This document shows positions 17,164-25,238 of a stretch of 64,000 nucleotides of DNA, piece after piece (positions within the stretch are counted from its first letter, which is position 1; each line of letters opens with the position of its first letter). The notes below the pieces were generated by a model. The model was given only the letters and a program-made list of their open reading frames with translations. It did no database searches and was not told the origin of the DNA. Location of the stretch: IMG/VR virus record IMGVR_UViG_3300043185_000099, positions 1 to 64,000 of that record. One strand, 5' to 3'. The stretch is from a virus. The translations under genes and the position numbers were made by a program.

Positions 17164-18798
17164 CTACTTCACCGTGACCACAGTCCCGTCGAACTTGCGG
17201 AGCTTGAAGCCCACGAACGGCTGGTTGTATGTGTTCGCCACGTCCTTAAGGAACTGGATCGCCACCTTCTCGCCGAGGAGGATGCTCTGATCGCCGTCGC
17301 TCCGGTAGTGAACCCCCGCCATGTTTCGGCCCGTGGCGATGTTGGACGCGAGCTTGTTCAGCTCGACGCCCACGGTCAGCTGGCTCGTGATGTCGGGATC
17401 CGTAATAGCAGCGGCCTCCAGCTGGGCCATCGTCTCGGTCCCCGTGACCGACTCCACGATCTTGAACGTGCCTCCCGCGAGGCTCGTCATCAGGACGTCC
17501 TCATCAAAGAAGGCTTTGAGTACCGTGGCGCAAGCCCCAGCCACGGTTGCGTGTCCAGCTGGGTAGCTGGGATGCGCCGGACTTCCCTCTGGGAATACGA
17601 GCGGAAGCATGTAGGTCGGATGACCGTTCATCGTGTTGATGGCGAGGATACGGGCGGTCGTACCCGAACTCAGGAGTGTCGCATCGAGTCCATAGTTCTG
17701 TGCATCTGTCAGCGTGAAGTGAACCCGCCCGGCCATCACCTCTGGCCGCAGGCGCATGTTCACGCACCATTTGTGCCGCCAACACGTCTGCAAAGCGATC
17801 TGTGAGACCTCGAAGATCCTGGCCATGACGTCCGGCGGTCCCATGGTTCCGAATCCCACCTCGTTGGGGAGTACTGGAATGTTGGGGTCAAGCGGGGCTC
17901 CGGCGTTGAGGAGGATCAAGCAGGCGTGAAAGAACGCCTGCGCGAGAGGATCGTTGTGCACGTAGCTAGCGAGCACGCGCGGGCTGAACACCCGGCGACG
18001 GAGACCAGTCCGGTTGGCTCCCGGCGGCGTGATGCCTCGCTGGATGTCGAGCCACCCGGAGACGGAGATCGACGCGGCCGCGTCCGACTCCGTCTCCGTA
18101 AGCTGCTCGACGAACAGGTTGCCGTAGTCGAAGTCGTGGAGCATGAACTGGCTGACGTACGGCCCCACGGTCTCGCCCTGTCCCACGCCGCGGAAGAGCG
18201 TCTGTCTCGTCACGAGACCTCCGACCTTCGGTCCCTTGAAGCTTCCGCCGAACGTGTTGAGGTCGGACAGGAGCGTGTTCACGTCCGGCTCCTGCCCCGT
18301 CGTGCCATCAGCGATGTCGCGGAAGGCCGCGTCGCGCAAGATGGCCATGCCGTAGACCTCGACCATCTCTGAGCCGGCCTCGTCCGAAAGCATGGACGGG
18401 GCAGGTGGCATGCTCACGCTGAACGAGTCGGCGCCCAGGAGGGAGAACGCGAGACCAGCCTGTGGATCGACGAGTTTCCTGACGGCTGCCGGATCGCGCT
18501 TGATCCTGTCGAAGTACGCCTGGTCCCCGCTGCGCAGCGCGACCTCCACCATCACCCAGTCGTCATCCGACACCTCGCCGTAGGCGTTGTGGATCAGACA
18601 CTTGGAGTACATGGCGGTTCGGTACCAGACGCCTCCCCGCTGGATCATGAGGGCGCGGTCCGCGTTCTGGGCCTGGACGATCTCGGCCTCCTCTCGCTGC
18701 ACGTTGGCCCGGTCGATGCGGAAGTCGTAGGGCATCTCCTGGGGGTCGGAAGGGTCCTGGCGCCTCATCTTGCATACGGGGAAGGATAGGCCGAGCAC
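17164..18798 (-). CDS. vanadium-dependent haloperoxidase (PAP2 superfamily)
   Basis: All three vanadate-binding motifs: KWCVNMRLRPE, HPSYPAGH and RNMAGVHYRSD. Confidence 0.88.
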   Translation of the reverse strand: MLGLSFPVCKMRRQDPSDPQEMPYDFRIDRANVQREEAEIVQAQNADRALMIQRGGVWYRTAMYSKCLIHNAYGEVSDDDWVMVEVALRSGDQAYFDRIKRDPAAVRKLVDPQAGLAFSLLGADSFSVSMPPAPSMLSDEAGSEMVEVYGMAILRDAAFRDIADGTTGQEPDVNTLLSDLNTFGGSFKGPKVGGLVTRQTLFRGVGQGETVGPYVSQFMLHDFDYGNLFVEQLTETESDAAASISVSGWLDIQRGITPPGANRTGLRRRVFSPRVLASYVHNDPLAQAFFHACLILLNAGAPLDPNIPVLPNEVGFGTMGPPDVMARIFEVSQIALQTCWRHKWCVNMRLRPEVMAGRVHFTLTDAQNYGLDATLLSSGTTARILAINTMNGHPTYMLPLVFPEGSPAHPSYPAGHATVAGACATVLKAFFDEDVLMTSLAGGTFKIVESVTGTETMAQLEAAAITDPDITSQLTVGVELNKLASNIATGRNMAGVHYRSDGDQSILLGEKVAIQFLKDVANTYNQPFVGFKLRKFDGTVVTVK

Positions 18799-18879
18799 CG
18801 TGTAAACTCATGGATTGGGCCGTACTATGCCTCGCGAGATCCTCATGGAACGTCTACACATCGGCGGACGTCCATCCAC

Positions 18880-19653
18880 GTGCCGGAGGCGCGGGCCGTG
18901 TTCGATGCCGGGACGGTTCTCCCGGTGACGGTCGACCACCTGTTTCTGACGCACGGCCATCCCGACCACGCGGGCGCGCTCCCAGCCATCGCCGCGCGCC
19001 GGAAGATCCAGGGATGCCCCCGCCCACTCATGGTGTACCTGCCCGCCGAGATCGCCGAGGACGTAAAGACGGCTCTTGATGCGATGGGCAGGATCGGAGG
19101 GGATCGATCCTCGTCGGAGACCATAACACTCCGTCCGTGCAAGCCGGGAGATGCTGTGCCCCTCGAGCACGGGATCTCCGTCCGCGCGATGAAGACGTTC
19201 CACCGGGTGCCCACCTGCGGATGGGCCGTCGAGCAGACGACCAGGAAGCTGCGACCGGAATTCCAAGGCATGCCTGGCAAGGAGATCGGGCGTCTGCGCG
19301 CTGAAGGTGTCGTGGTCGCTGACGAGGCGGTGCGCACAATGCTCGTGATTCCCGGGGACACGACGATCGACTTCCTTCTGGAGAATGAACAGGCGCGACG
19401 GGCCCATGTGCTCACGCACGAGGTGACGTACTGGGACGACCGTTCCTCGATCGAGGAGTGTCGCAAGTTCGGCCACACACACGTGGACGACATGATCGAG
19501 CACTGCGAAAAATTCGAGGGCGATTTCCTTGTGCTCGTGCACCGATCTCTCAAGTACAGGAGGAACCACGCACAGGACGTTGGAATAACCCGAAGAAGAG
19601 CACCTACGCGTTGTTGGCTGGCAATATGGCGCTCGACAGCAAAAACCACGTGA
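18880..19653 (+). CDS. RNase Z (tRNase Z)-like metallo-beta-lactamase, probably damaged at both ends
   Basis: FDAG, THGHPDH, FHR, PGDT, HEVT, GHTH and LVHRSLKY. The upstream ATG at 18845 is out of frame, and the C-terminus after about 19575 looks foreign. Confidence 0.75.
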   Translation: MPEARAVFDAGTVLPVTVDHLFLTHGHPDHAGALPAIAARRKIQGCPRPLMVYLPAEIAEDVKTALDAMGRIGGDRSSSETITLRPCKPGDAVPLEHGISVRAMKTFHRVPTCGWAVEQTTRKLRPEFQGMPGKEIGRLRAEGVVVADEAVRTMLVIPGDTTIDFLLENEQARRAHVLTHEVTYWDDRSSIEECRKFGHTHVDDMIEHCEKFEGDFLVLVHRSLKYRRNHAQDVGITRRRAPTRCWLAIWRSTAKTT

Positions 19654-19898
19654 TCTGGAAGGGCCTCACGCAGTACTCCAACGCGCCCGAGATCTCGGAT
19701 TTCGTGCGGGACTTTCCGCAGTCCAATTATTCCGTGCTCGGAAAGTTCGCGAAGGCCAAGGTGAACCACCTCAAGGGCATGATCAATGGCACCAAAGTGA
19801 TCACCATCAACGGCGTCCCACAGCGTCCGAGCGAGGACGATCTCGGACGATGGCGCAAGGAGCTGGAGATCTGGGAAGATGTCCAGCGCCGGATCTAG
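19575..19898 (+). pseudogene. 3' portion of a phage hypothetical gene (WNNPKKSTY...)
   Basis: Natural-looking frame starts abruptly inside the RNase Z 3' end with no own start. Confidence 0.45.
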
Positions 19899-19931
19899 CG
19901 TCCCTTAATCATCCTATCGCATGCCTCCCGT

Positions 19932-20783
19932 ATGCGCATCACCGTTCCCGTCCTACTCCTTCTCGCATCTTGCGGCCGTCCCGCCCAGGAGAAAAGGTCA
20001 GAGCCAGAGCCCTCGCCGTCCCCACAGCACCAGGTGACAATCGCGAACCTTTGCCCGTTCGATGTCTGGGTGGCCTCGCAACCCAACGCCGGGCATCCGG
20101 TCCTGCCAGACGGGATCGTGAAACTCACGGCCAAGACCGGTACCCACGGCTACGCCATGCCCAACGCTGGGTGGGCTGGTCGATTTTGGCCGAAGACGGG
20201 ATGTGACGCGAGTGGTGAGGCGTGCGCGACGGGACAAGCCATTCCCCCGTGTCCCGCGGCGGGTTGCCAGCCCCCGGCCGACACCAAGATTGAGTTCTTC
20301 TTCGGCCCCGCAGGCGGCGCAGCCAGGCCCTACTACGACGTGAGTCTCGTGGACGGGTTCTCTCTGGGCGCCAAGATCGTGCCCTCAACCTCAGGCGGAA
20401 GATGTACGCCGACTTCGTGCGCGCTCGTGCTGAATGAGTGCCCCACTGCCGAGAAGGACAACGTCGGTGATCTGCAGATCAAGCAGGGGAACGACGTGGC
20501 CCAATGCTTCGCGCCCTGCAAGAAGTGGACGTGGCCCACACCTCTCGGTGATGGGAAGACCGAGGCCGACCCCACTGGCCAAGCGCTCTGCTGTCCGAGT
20601 CCCGTGACGCCCGAGACGTGCAACGCCGGGATCGTGAAAGACACAGAGTATGTGAAACTCGTGCACCAGGGCTGCCCCTCGGCCTACGCGTTTTCCTACG
20701 ACGACAAGGGAGGATCGCACGACTGCGATCCCGGCACGACCTTCACTGTCACCCTCTGCCCGGGTGTCCCCGCTCAGCCCTGA
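19932..20783 (+). CDS. thaumatin-family (PR-5-like) lipoprotein
   Basis: Lipobox LLLLASC; motifs IANLCPFDVW, WAGRFWPKTGC, TKIEF, YYDVSLVDGF, CPSAYAFSYDD and FTVTLCP. Confidence 0.88.
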   Translation: MRITVPVLLLLASCGRPAQEKRSEPEPSPSPQHQVTIANLCPFDVWVASQPNAGHPVLPDGIVKLTAKTGTHGYAMPNAGWAGRFWPKTGCDASGEACATGQAIPPCPAAGCQPPADTKIEFFFGPAGGAARPYYDVSLVDGFSLGAKIVPSTSGGRCTPTSCALVLNECPTAEKDNVGDLQIKQGNDVAQCFAPCKKWTWPTPLGDGKTEADPTGQALCCPSPVTPETCNAGIVKDTEYVKLVHQGCPSAYAFSYDDKGGSHDCDPGTTFTVTLCPGVPAQP

Positions 20784-21009
20784 CGCCGCCCGAAGGCCAA
20801 CGTCTTGTTCAGACGCTTGCGTCGTTCCTCGCAGGGGGAGCACGTCTTGATCCCCAGGGCGTTCGTCACCTTCTTCACGACATCCCCCGCACCAACTTGA
20901 CCTTTGATGGGCACGGGTACGACGATTTTGGGTTTCGGGTGGCGCTGGTGCATGCGGGGCCTTCCAAGACCCGGGAAGCCATAGACCCGAAACCGGGTAT
21001 ACTTCGTGC

Positions 21010-21252
21010 GTGTCAGCCGCGGGTCACGAGGCCCTCGTGAAGATCGTGCTCAGCACGGAGTGCCCATTCTCGGACGATGACTGGGTCGAGCGTTGTGCCC
21101 GTTACCGGGCCGACAACTTCAGCGTGTGCTGCTGCTGGATGTGCGGCAATCCCAGACGCCTGCGGAACAGCAACGGCCCGTCCCTCACGGTCCAGGAGCG
21201 TCTGGCGGATCTTCGCGAGCAGGTGTTGCTCGACGAGGGCTCGGACGGATAG
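21010..21252 (+). CDS. small Cys-rich phage protein
   Basis: CCCWMCGNPRR...LTVQER motif. Confidence 0.55.
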   Translation: MSAAGHEALVKIVLSTECPFSDDDWVERCARYRADNFSVCCCWMCGNPRRLRNSNGPSLTVQERLADLREQVLLDEGSDG

Positions 21253-21601
21253 AAAAGACGTCGTGTACGGGCCGCCGGAGGACATCGATGGGCAGTGCAA
21301 CGCGCAGCTCCACATCGGAGACGACTACGGCGACAATCACACGACCATGCGCTGCCAGCTCTCCCCGGGACACGACGGACCTCATCGCGAGGAGTTCCAG
21401 AGGTCCGGGACTCCCGTCGTGGTGACCTGGATGGTCGACGACAGGCTCGAGGACTGCCCCGTGTGTGGGCAGACGAGCATCGAGACGAAGTGGCCCGAGC
21501 ACTGCCAACACTGCTACACGCGCGCCTGTTCACCCGCTTGCCTGGAGAGGCACGAGTGCGACTGGGGAAGCCCGCTTGACACGATCCCCGAGAACGGCTA
21601 A
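21077..21601 (+). CDS. Cys/His-rich hypothetical protein (start uncertain, likely near 21240)
   Basis: CQLSPGHDGPH, CPVC, CQHC and CSPAC motifs. Confidence 0.45.
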   Translation: MTGSSVVPVTGPTTSACAAAGCAAIPDACGTATARPSRSRSVWRIFASRCCSTRARTDRKDVVYGPPEDIDGQCNAQLHIGDDYGDNHTTMRCQLSPGHDGPHREEFQRSGTPVVVTWMVDDRLEDCPVCGQTSIETKWPEHCQHCYTRACSPACLERHECDWGSPLDTIPENG

Positions 21602-21604
21602 AAA
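21576..21604 (+). promoter_or_regulatory. sigma70-type promoter (weak -10)
   Basis: TTGACA-17 nt-TAAAAA. The predicted +1 falls near the ATG at 21611, so the mRNA may be leaderless. Confidence 0.55.
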
Positions 21605-21610
21605 CCTTCC

Positions 21611-21733
21611 ATGACTCGCGAGACCCGTGTCCGGGAAGCCATCGACCAGGTGCTCAGCACCCGGGGCGATCTCCTGCGCCGTCTCGCCGAGGTCGAAGCC
21701 GCCGAGAAACGGATCGGGAAGCACAAGCGTTAG
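21611..21733 (+). CDS. 40-aa leader ORF ending EKRIGKHKR
   Basis: All 3 Lys codons are in the last 8 codons; followed by a hairpin and tRNA(CTT). Confidence 0.5.
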   Translation: MTRETRVREAIDQVLSTRGDLLRRLAEVEAAEKRIGKHKR

Positions 21734-21782
21734 CCCGCCGTGGACGATCCTCCGTCCGCGCCGGGCTTCGCAGGCACATCTC

Positions 21783-21868
21783 GGGCCGGTCGCACAGTCT
21801 GGTTGGTGTAGCGGACTCTTAATCCGCCGGACGCAAGTCCCTCGTGGGTTCAAATCCCTCCCGGCTCA
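21783..21868 (+). tRNA. tRNA with Lys anticodon CTT and a long variable arm
   Basis: Acceptor GGGCCGG/CCGGCTC, anticodon arm GCGGA CT CTT AA TCCGC, V-arm GGAC GCAA GTCC, T-arm GTGGG TTCAAAT CCCTC. Confidence 0.8.
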
Positions 21869-21895
21869 CCGCCCTCCACAGGTTCACGGAATACC

Positions 21896-22141
21896 GTGGA
21901 CACCATTCCACTTTTCCCCAACAGCTCCGGGGCCGCCACTTTCCTCGGCTCCTTCGACGGGCACGACTTGTATTTCGATCCGCAAATCGGCATCCCGACC
22001 GTGATCGCCCGGTATGGGCCCGAGGGCCACGAGTACAAGAGCGGCATGGAGTTCGCCGTGCGCGGACTCGACACGCACTTGGTCGAGGCGCGTCGACGTG
22101 CCCTCGCTCTCGGCCTCATCAAGACGATCCAGGAGGGATGA
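21896..22141 (+). CDS. small conserved phage protein
   Basis: FLGSFDGHDLYF...TVIARYG...YKSG pattern. Confidence 0.65.
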   Translation: MDTIPLFPNSSGAATFLGSFDGHDLYFDPQIGIPTVIARYGPEGHEYKSGMEFAVRGLDTHLVEARRRALALGLIKTIQEG

Positions 22142-22192
22142 TCCGATGCCCGTCACACACCACAAGCTCAAACGCAACCGCTCCCGAAACAA

Positions 22193-22274
22193 GGGCGGGT
22201 TAAGCGTAGCTGGCCGAACGCACCGGACTTTTAACCCGGCGAGGAGAAATCCCCATCGAATCCCACCCCGCTCT
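22193..22274 (+). pseudogene. tRNA-Lys(TTT) with a long variable arm, 5' T-stem strand missing
   Basis: Acceptor GGGCGGG/CCCGCTC, anticodon arm CCGGA CT TTT AA CCCGG, V-arm GGA GAAA TCC, then ATCGAATCCCAC lacking the GTGGGTT strand. Confidence 0.6.
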
Positions 22275-22295
22275 CCGCAACGAAGGAACACAGCC

Positions 22296-22980
22296 ATGGA
22301 CACCCTCATCATCGAGATACGTGCCGCCGAGGGCGGTCAAGACGCCAAGCTGCTCGTGATCGAGCAGTTCAAGGTCTACGAGCGCTTCATGCAGCTGGAG
22401 CGCCTTTGACCACGAGCTGATCGACGTACGGCCTGGGATTCTCCTGTTCCGCGTGACCGGCCGAGGTGCGCGAGAAGCCTTCCGCCACGAACCGGGCGGT
22501 CATAGGTGGCAGAGAGTGCCCCCCACCGAGAAGCGCGGTCGAGTGCACACGAGCACCGTGACGGTCGCCGTGCTCGACGTGCCGTCCGAGCACGAGGTCG
22601 TGATCGATCCCCGCGACATCGAGGAGTCCTTCACCCGAGGCAGCGGCAAGGGTGGCCAGCACAGGAACAAGACGGACACCTGCGTGGTGCTCAGGCACCT
22701 GCCCACCGACATCTCGATCCGCGTCGACGGGGGTCGAAGCCAGCACGTCAACCGTCAGACGGCCATGCAGATGCTGAGAACCAGGATCAAGGCGGCGGCA
22801 GACGAACGCGCCACCGGAACCAGGAACGCGAGCCGTCGGGCACAGCTGGGAAGCGGCATGCGCGGTGACAAGGTCCGGACGGTGGCCCTCCAGCGCGACA
22901 CCGTGACGGACCACGAGACGGGGCGGTCGATGGCCTCGAGGCCATACCTGCGAGGGCACCTCCGTCACCTGTGGGCATGA
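22296..22980 (+). CDS. class I peptide chain release factor (RF1-type PxT, lacks domain 1), expressed by a +1 frameshift at 22404-22410
   Basis: Frame 0 encodes IEIRAAEGG; the +1 frame encodes GGHRWQRVPPTEKRGRVHTS, GSGKGGQHRNKT and RSQHVN. Junction is GGAG CGC CTT TGA C. Confidence 0.9.
22397..22410 (+). promoter_or_regulatory. prfB-type programmed +1 frameshift cassette
   Basis: Internal SD-like GGAG, 3-nt spacer, CTT TGA C. Confidence 0.85.
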
Positions 22981-23195
22981 GGTCGCGTCCACCATCGGCG
23001 AAGCCTGCCTCGCCATCGTCGCAGGAGCACCTGCCACCACGACATCCGGCGCACCAGGATCTCCCGCCGCCCGCCCGCGAGGACCTCGTAGCGGGCTGCG
23101 CCTCTCGCCGTCTGCAGGAGAACCATATCGCCGCGACGAAAGACCGACGGGTCCTCGACCGGGATCCAAGAGCGGCGGTGACGAGGCACAGTCAC
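22965..23195 (-). CDS. small hypothetical protein
   Basis: 76-aa ORF at the end of the minus-strand block. Confidence 0.4.
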   Translation of the reverse strand: MTVPRHRRSWIPVEDPSVFRRGDMVLLQTARGAARYEVLAGGRREILVRRMSWWQVLLRRWRGRLRRWWTRPHAHR

Positions 23196-23216
23196 CCGTA
23201 CCTCGGGATAGAACCG

Positions 23217-24041
23217 TCACCGCTCAATCCCGAGCAGGTCGAAGATGCCTCCGGTCTGGGCGGGTGCGTCAGCATGCTCCTCGTAGTGCCATCCCTGGCG
23301 CCGACGCTCAAAATGGTCGAGCGCCTCTTGCTTGACGTCGAACCCGAGGAACCGCCTCCCGAGATTGAACGCGGCCTCACCACACGATCCGCTACCAGCG
23401 AACGGATCGAGCACTAGGTCGCCCGGGGCGCTCGACTGTGCGATCAAGATCTCGTTGAGACGCACGGGCTTCTCCGTCGGGTAAGCGTCGTTCCCCTTGA
23501 TCCACGGGACGTCAGCGATATCCTGAAAGTTCCTGACGGACTTGTCGGCCGGGGGTAACCTTTTCCCCTTCTCCGCGAGGAGGACAAACTCGTAGGATGA
23601 TCGGTACGGGTACCCCATCCCAGGCGCTCCCGGAGCGTGTCGCTCGGTCACGTGCGCCCCGCACCGTGGACACGCTACCGACTCGAGCTTGCCCACCTTG
23701 TGCCAGATGACGGACTTGCGCAACCCGAAGCCCGCGTCACGGATCATCGGCTTGAGCGCATCCGCGGTCTCCTCGTCGCACATGATGTACATGTGCGAGT
23801 CTCTGTCTAGAACTCGATAACACTCGACGAAGAACTCTTTGAAGTAACTGTTCGGCACTGTCGGGAACCACGCGTTGCTCGACTGCTTCGACTTCGTCAG
23901 CCGAGTCGTCGTACCCATGTTTCTCCACTTCTCCAGGCTCTCGTAGGGAGGATCGGTGACGATGAGGCCGACCGACTCCGCTTCGAGGACTCGCATGGCC
24001 GTCATGGCATCGTCGACGAGACGCATCTCGTGGTCGCTCAC
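23217..24041 (-). CDS. beta-class DNA methyltransferase (N6A/N4C)
   Basis: TDPPY, YPTEKP and DPFAGSGS; internal CPRC insertion. Confidence 0.9.
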   Translation of the reverse strand: MSDHEMRLVDDAMTAMRVLEAESVGLIVTDPPYESLEKWRNMGTTTRLTKSKQSSNAWFPTVPNSYFKEFFVECYRVLDRDSHMYIMCDEETADALKPMIRDAGFGLRKSVIWHKVGKLESVACPRCGAHVTERHAPGAPGMGYPYRSSYEFVLLAEKGKRLPPADKSVRNFQDIADVPWIKGNDAYPTEKPVRLNEILIAQSSAPGDLVLDPFAGSGSCGEAAFNLGRRFLGFDVKQEALDHFERRRQGWHYEEHADAPAQTGGIFDLLGIER

Positions 24042-24307
24042 GGGTTCTCCATCATGCTCAAGCTCGCCTTGGTCTTCTCGACGTAGTTCCCGACCTCGTC
24101 GTGAACGAGGTACCACGACAGACGTGGCGTCCGTCGTGCCGCGAGGCGACGTACTCCTTCGGGGCCGGACGAACGCAGACGGGGGCAGAACACCCGCGGC
24201 CTCGTGTCGTACGCCTCCTGCGCAATCTCGACGAACCGCTTGTGGTCCGGCATGCCTCCGTCCTTCACCTCCAGCATCGGGCTGCGTTTCTCTTGATCGT
24301 CGCTCAC
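24038..24307 (-). CDS. hypothetical protein
   Basis: GTGA overlaps at both ends. Confidence 0.55.
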   Translation of the reverse strand: MSDDQEKRSPMLEVKDGGMPDHKRFVEIAQEAYDTRPRVFCPRLRSSGPEGVRRLAARRTPRLSWYLVHDEVGNYVEKTKASLSMMENP

Positions 24308-24437
24308 ACATCCTCCGTATCGTTCGACGGATAGGGCCCCACAACGAAGTTGTTGCCTAGGAGCGTGCTCGCTGAGAACACCACGACGATCACCGCGAGC
24401 ATCCACGGCGACTGCGTGGTCTGTCGCGCTTGTATAT

Positions 24438-24875
24438 TCACCGTGGTACCTCCTGGCGCAGGGGACATGCTTCGAAGTCGGCGCGGTGCTTGGCGGTCGC
24501 CATCGCCGACTCGACGACGCTGTCGTCCCAACCCTCTCCCTCCGGAGTCACGCCGGCCCCGCACAGGCTCTCTACCTGCGCGTCGAACCACGCGCACTCG
24601 GGACACCGGGCGGTCGGGAACGGTCTGTCAGCCCCCATGATCGCCAGCACGTGCCCACGCTCGGCCCGCTGCTCGGCACTCTCGGACGGGCAGCTCGACG
24701 TCACCGAGCATCCGTGCCTTCTCATGGTCTCCTCGATGTCGGCGACCTGCGCGTCGGTACAGAGACTTCTCAGGATTGACCTTCCTCCATCATGGCTCAT
24801 GATCGGGTTGCCATGGACCTGCATCTCGAATGGCGTGCCACCGGTGACGAGGAAGACCCACAGTCGTCGCGTCAT
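24438..24875 (-). CDS. Cys-containing hypothetical protein
   Basis: MTRRLWVFLV...CPECAW...CPLR. Confidence 0.6.
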   Translation of the reverse strand: MTRRLWVFLVTGGTPFEMQVHGNPIMSHDGGRSILRSLCTDAQVADIEETMRRHGCSVTSSCPSESAEQRAERGHVLAIMGADRPFPTARCPECAWFDAQVESLCGAGVTPEGEGWDDSVVESAMATAKHRADFEACPLRQEVPR

Positions 24876-25210
24876 CACTTCGATCCCACGGAAGATCGCT
24901 CCCCCAGCCACCTGTGAACAGCGAGGACGTCGCTCGGGCTCGTTGCGTCCTCGCATCCGAGCATCACCTGGCGATACCCGTGACCGTCGAACTCCTCGTC
25001 GTGCAGAGGAACCACGGTCACCCGACCGCCGTCCGGCAATAGCACGGAACGACCCGCGCTCGTCGATCCCGTAACCGCGATCCCGTACAGCAGGCGCAAG
25101 ACCGTGCCTGCATCCTGGTCGGGGACCACGACAACGATCCACTCCACGCCGCGCACTGCCTCGTCCACCACCTTCCTGAGCACGGGCAGACACGTCAGGA
25201 TTCGTTCCAT
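24875..25210 (-). CDS. hypothetical protein
   Basis: 111 aa; stop overlaps the next start. Confidence 0.55.
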   Translation of the reverse strand: MERILTCLPVLRKVVDEAVRGVEWIVVVVPDQDAGTVLRLLYGIAVTGSTSAGRSVLLPDGGRVTVVPLHDEEFDGHGYRQVMLGCEDATSPSDVLAVHRWLGERSSVGSK

Positions 25211-25238
25211 GCACTCACCTTATACGCCTTCCTGAGAG

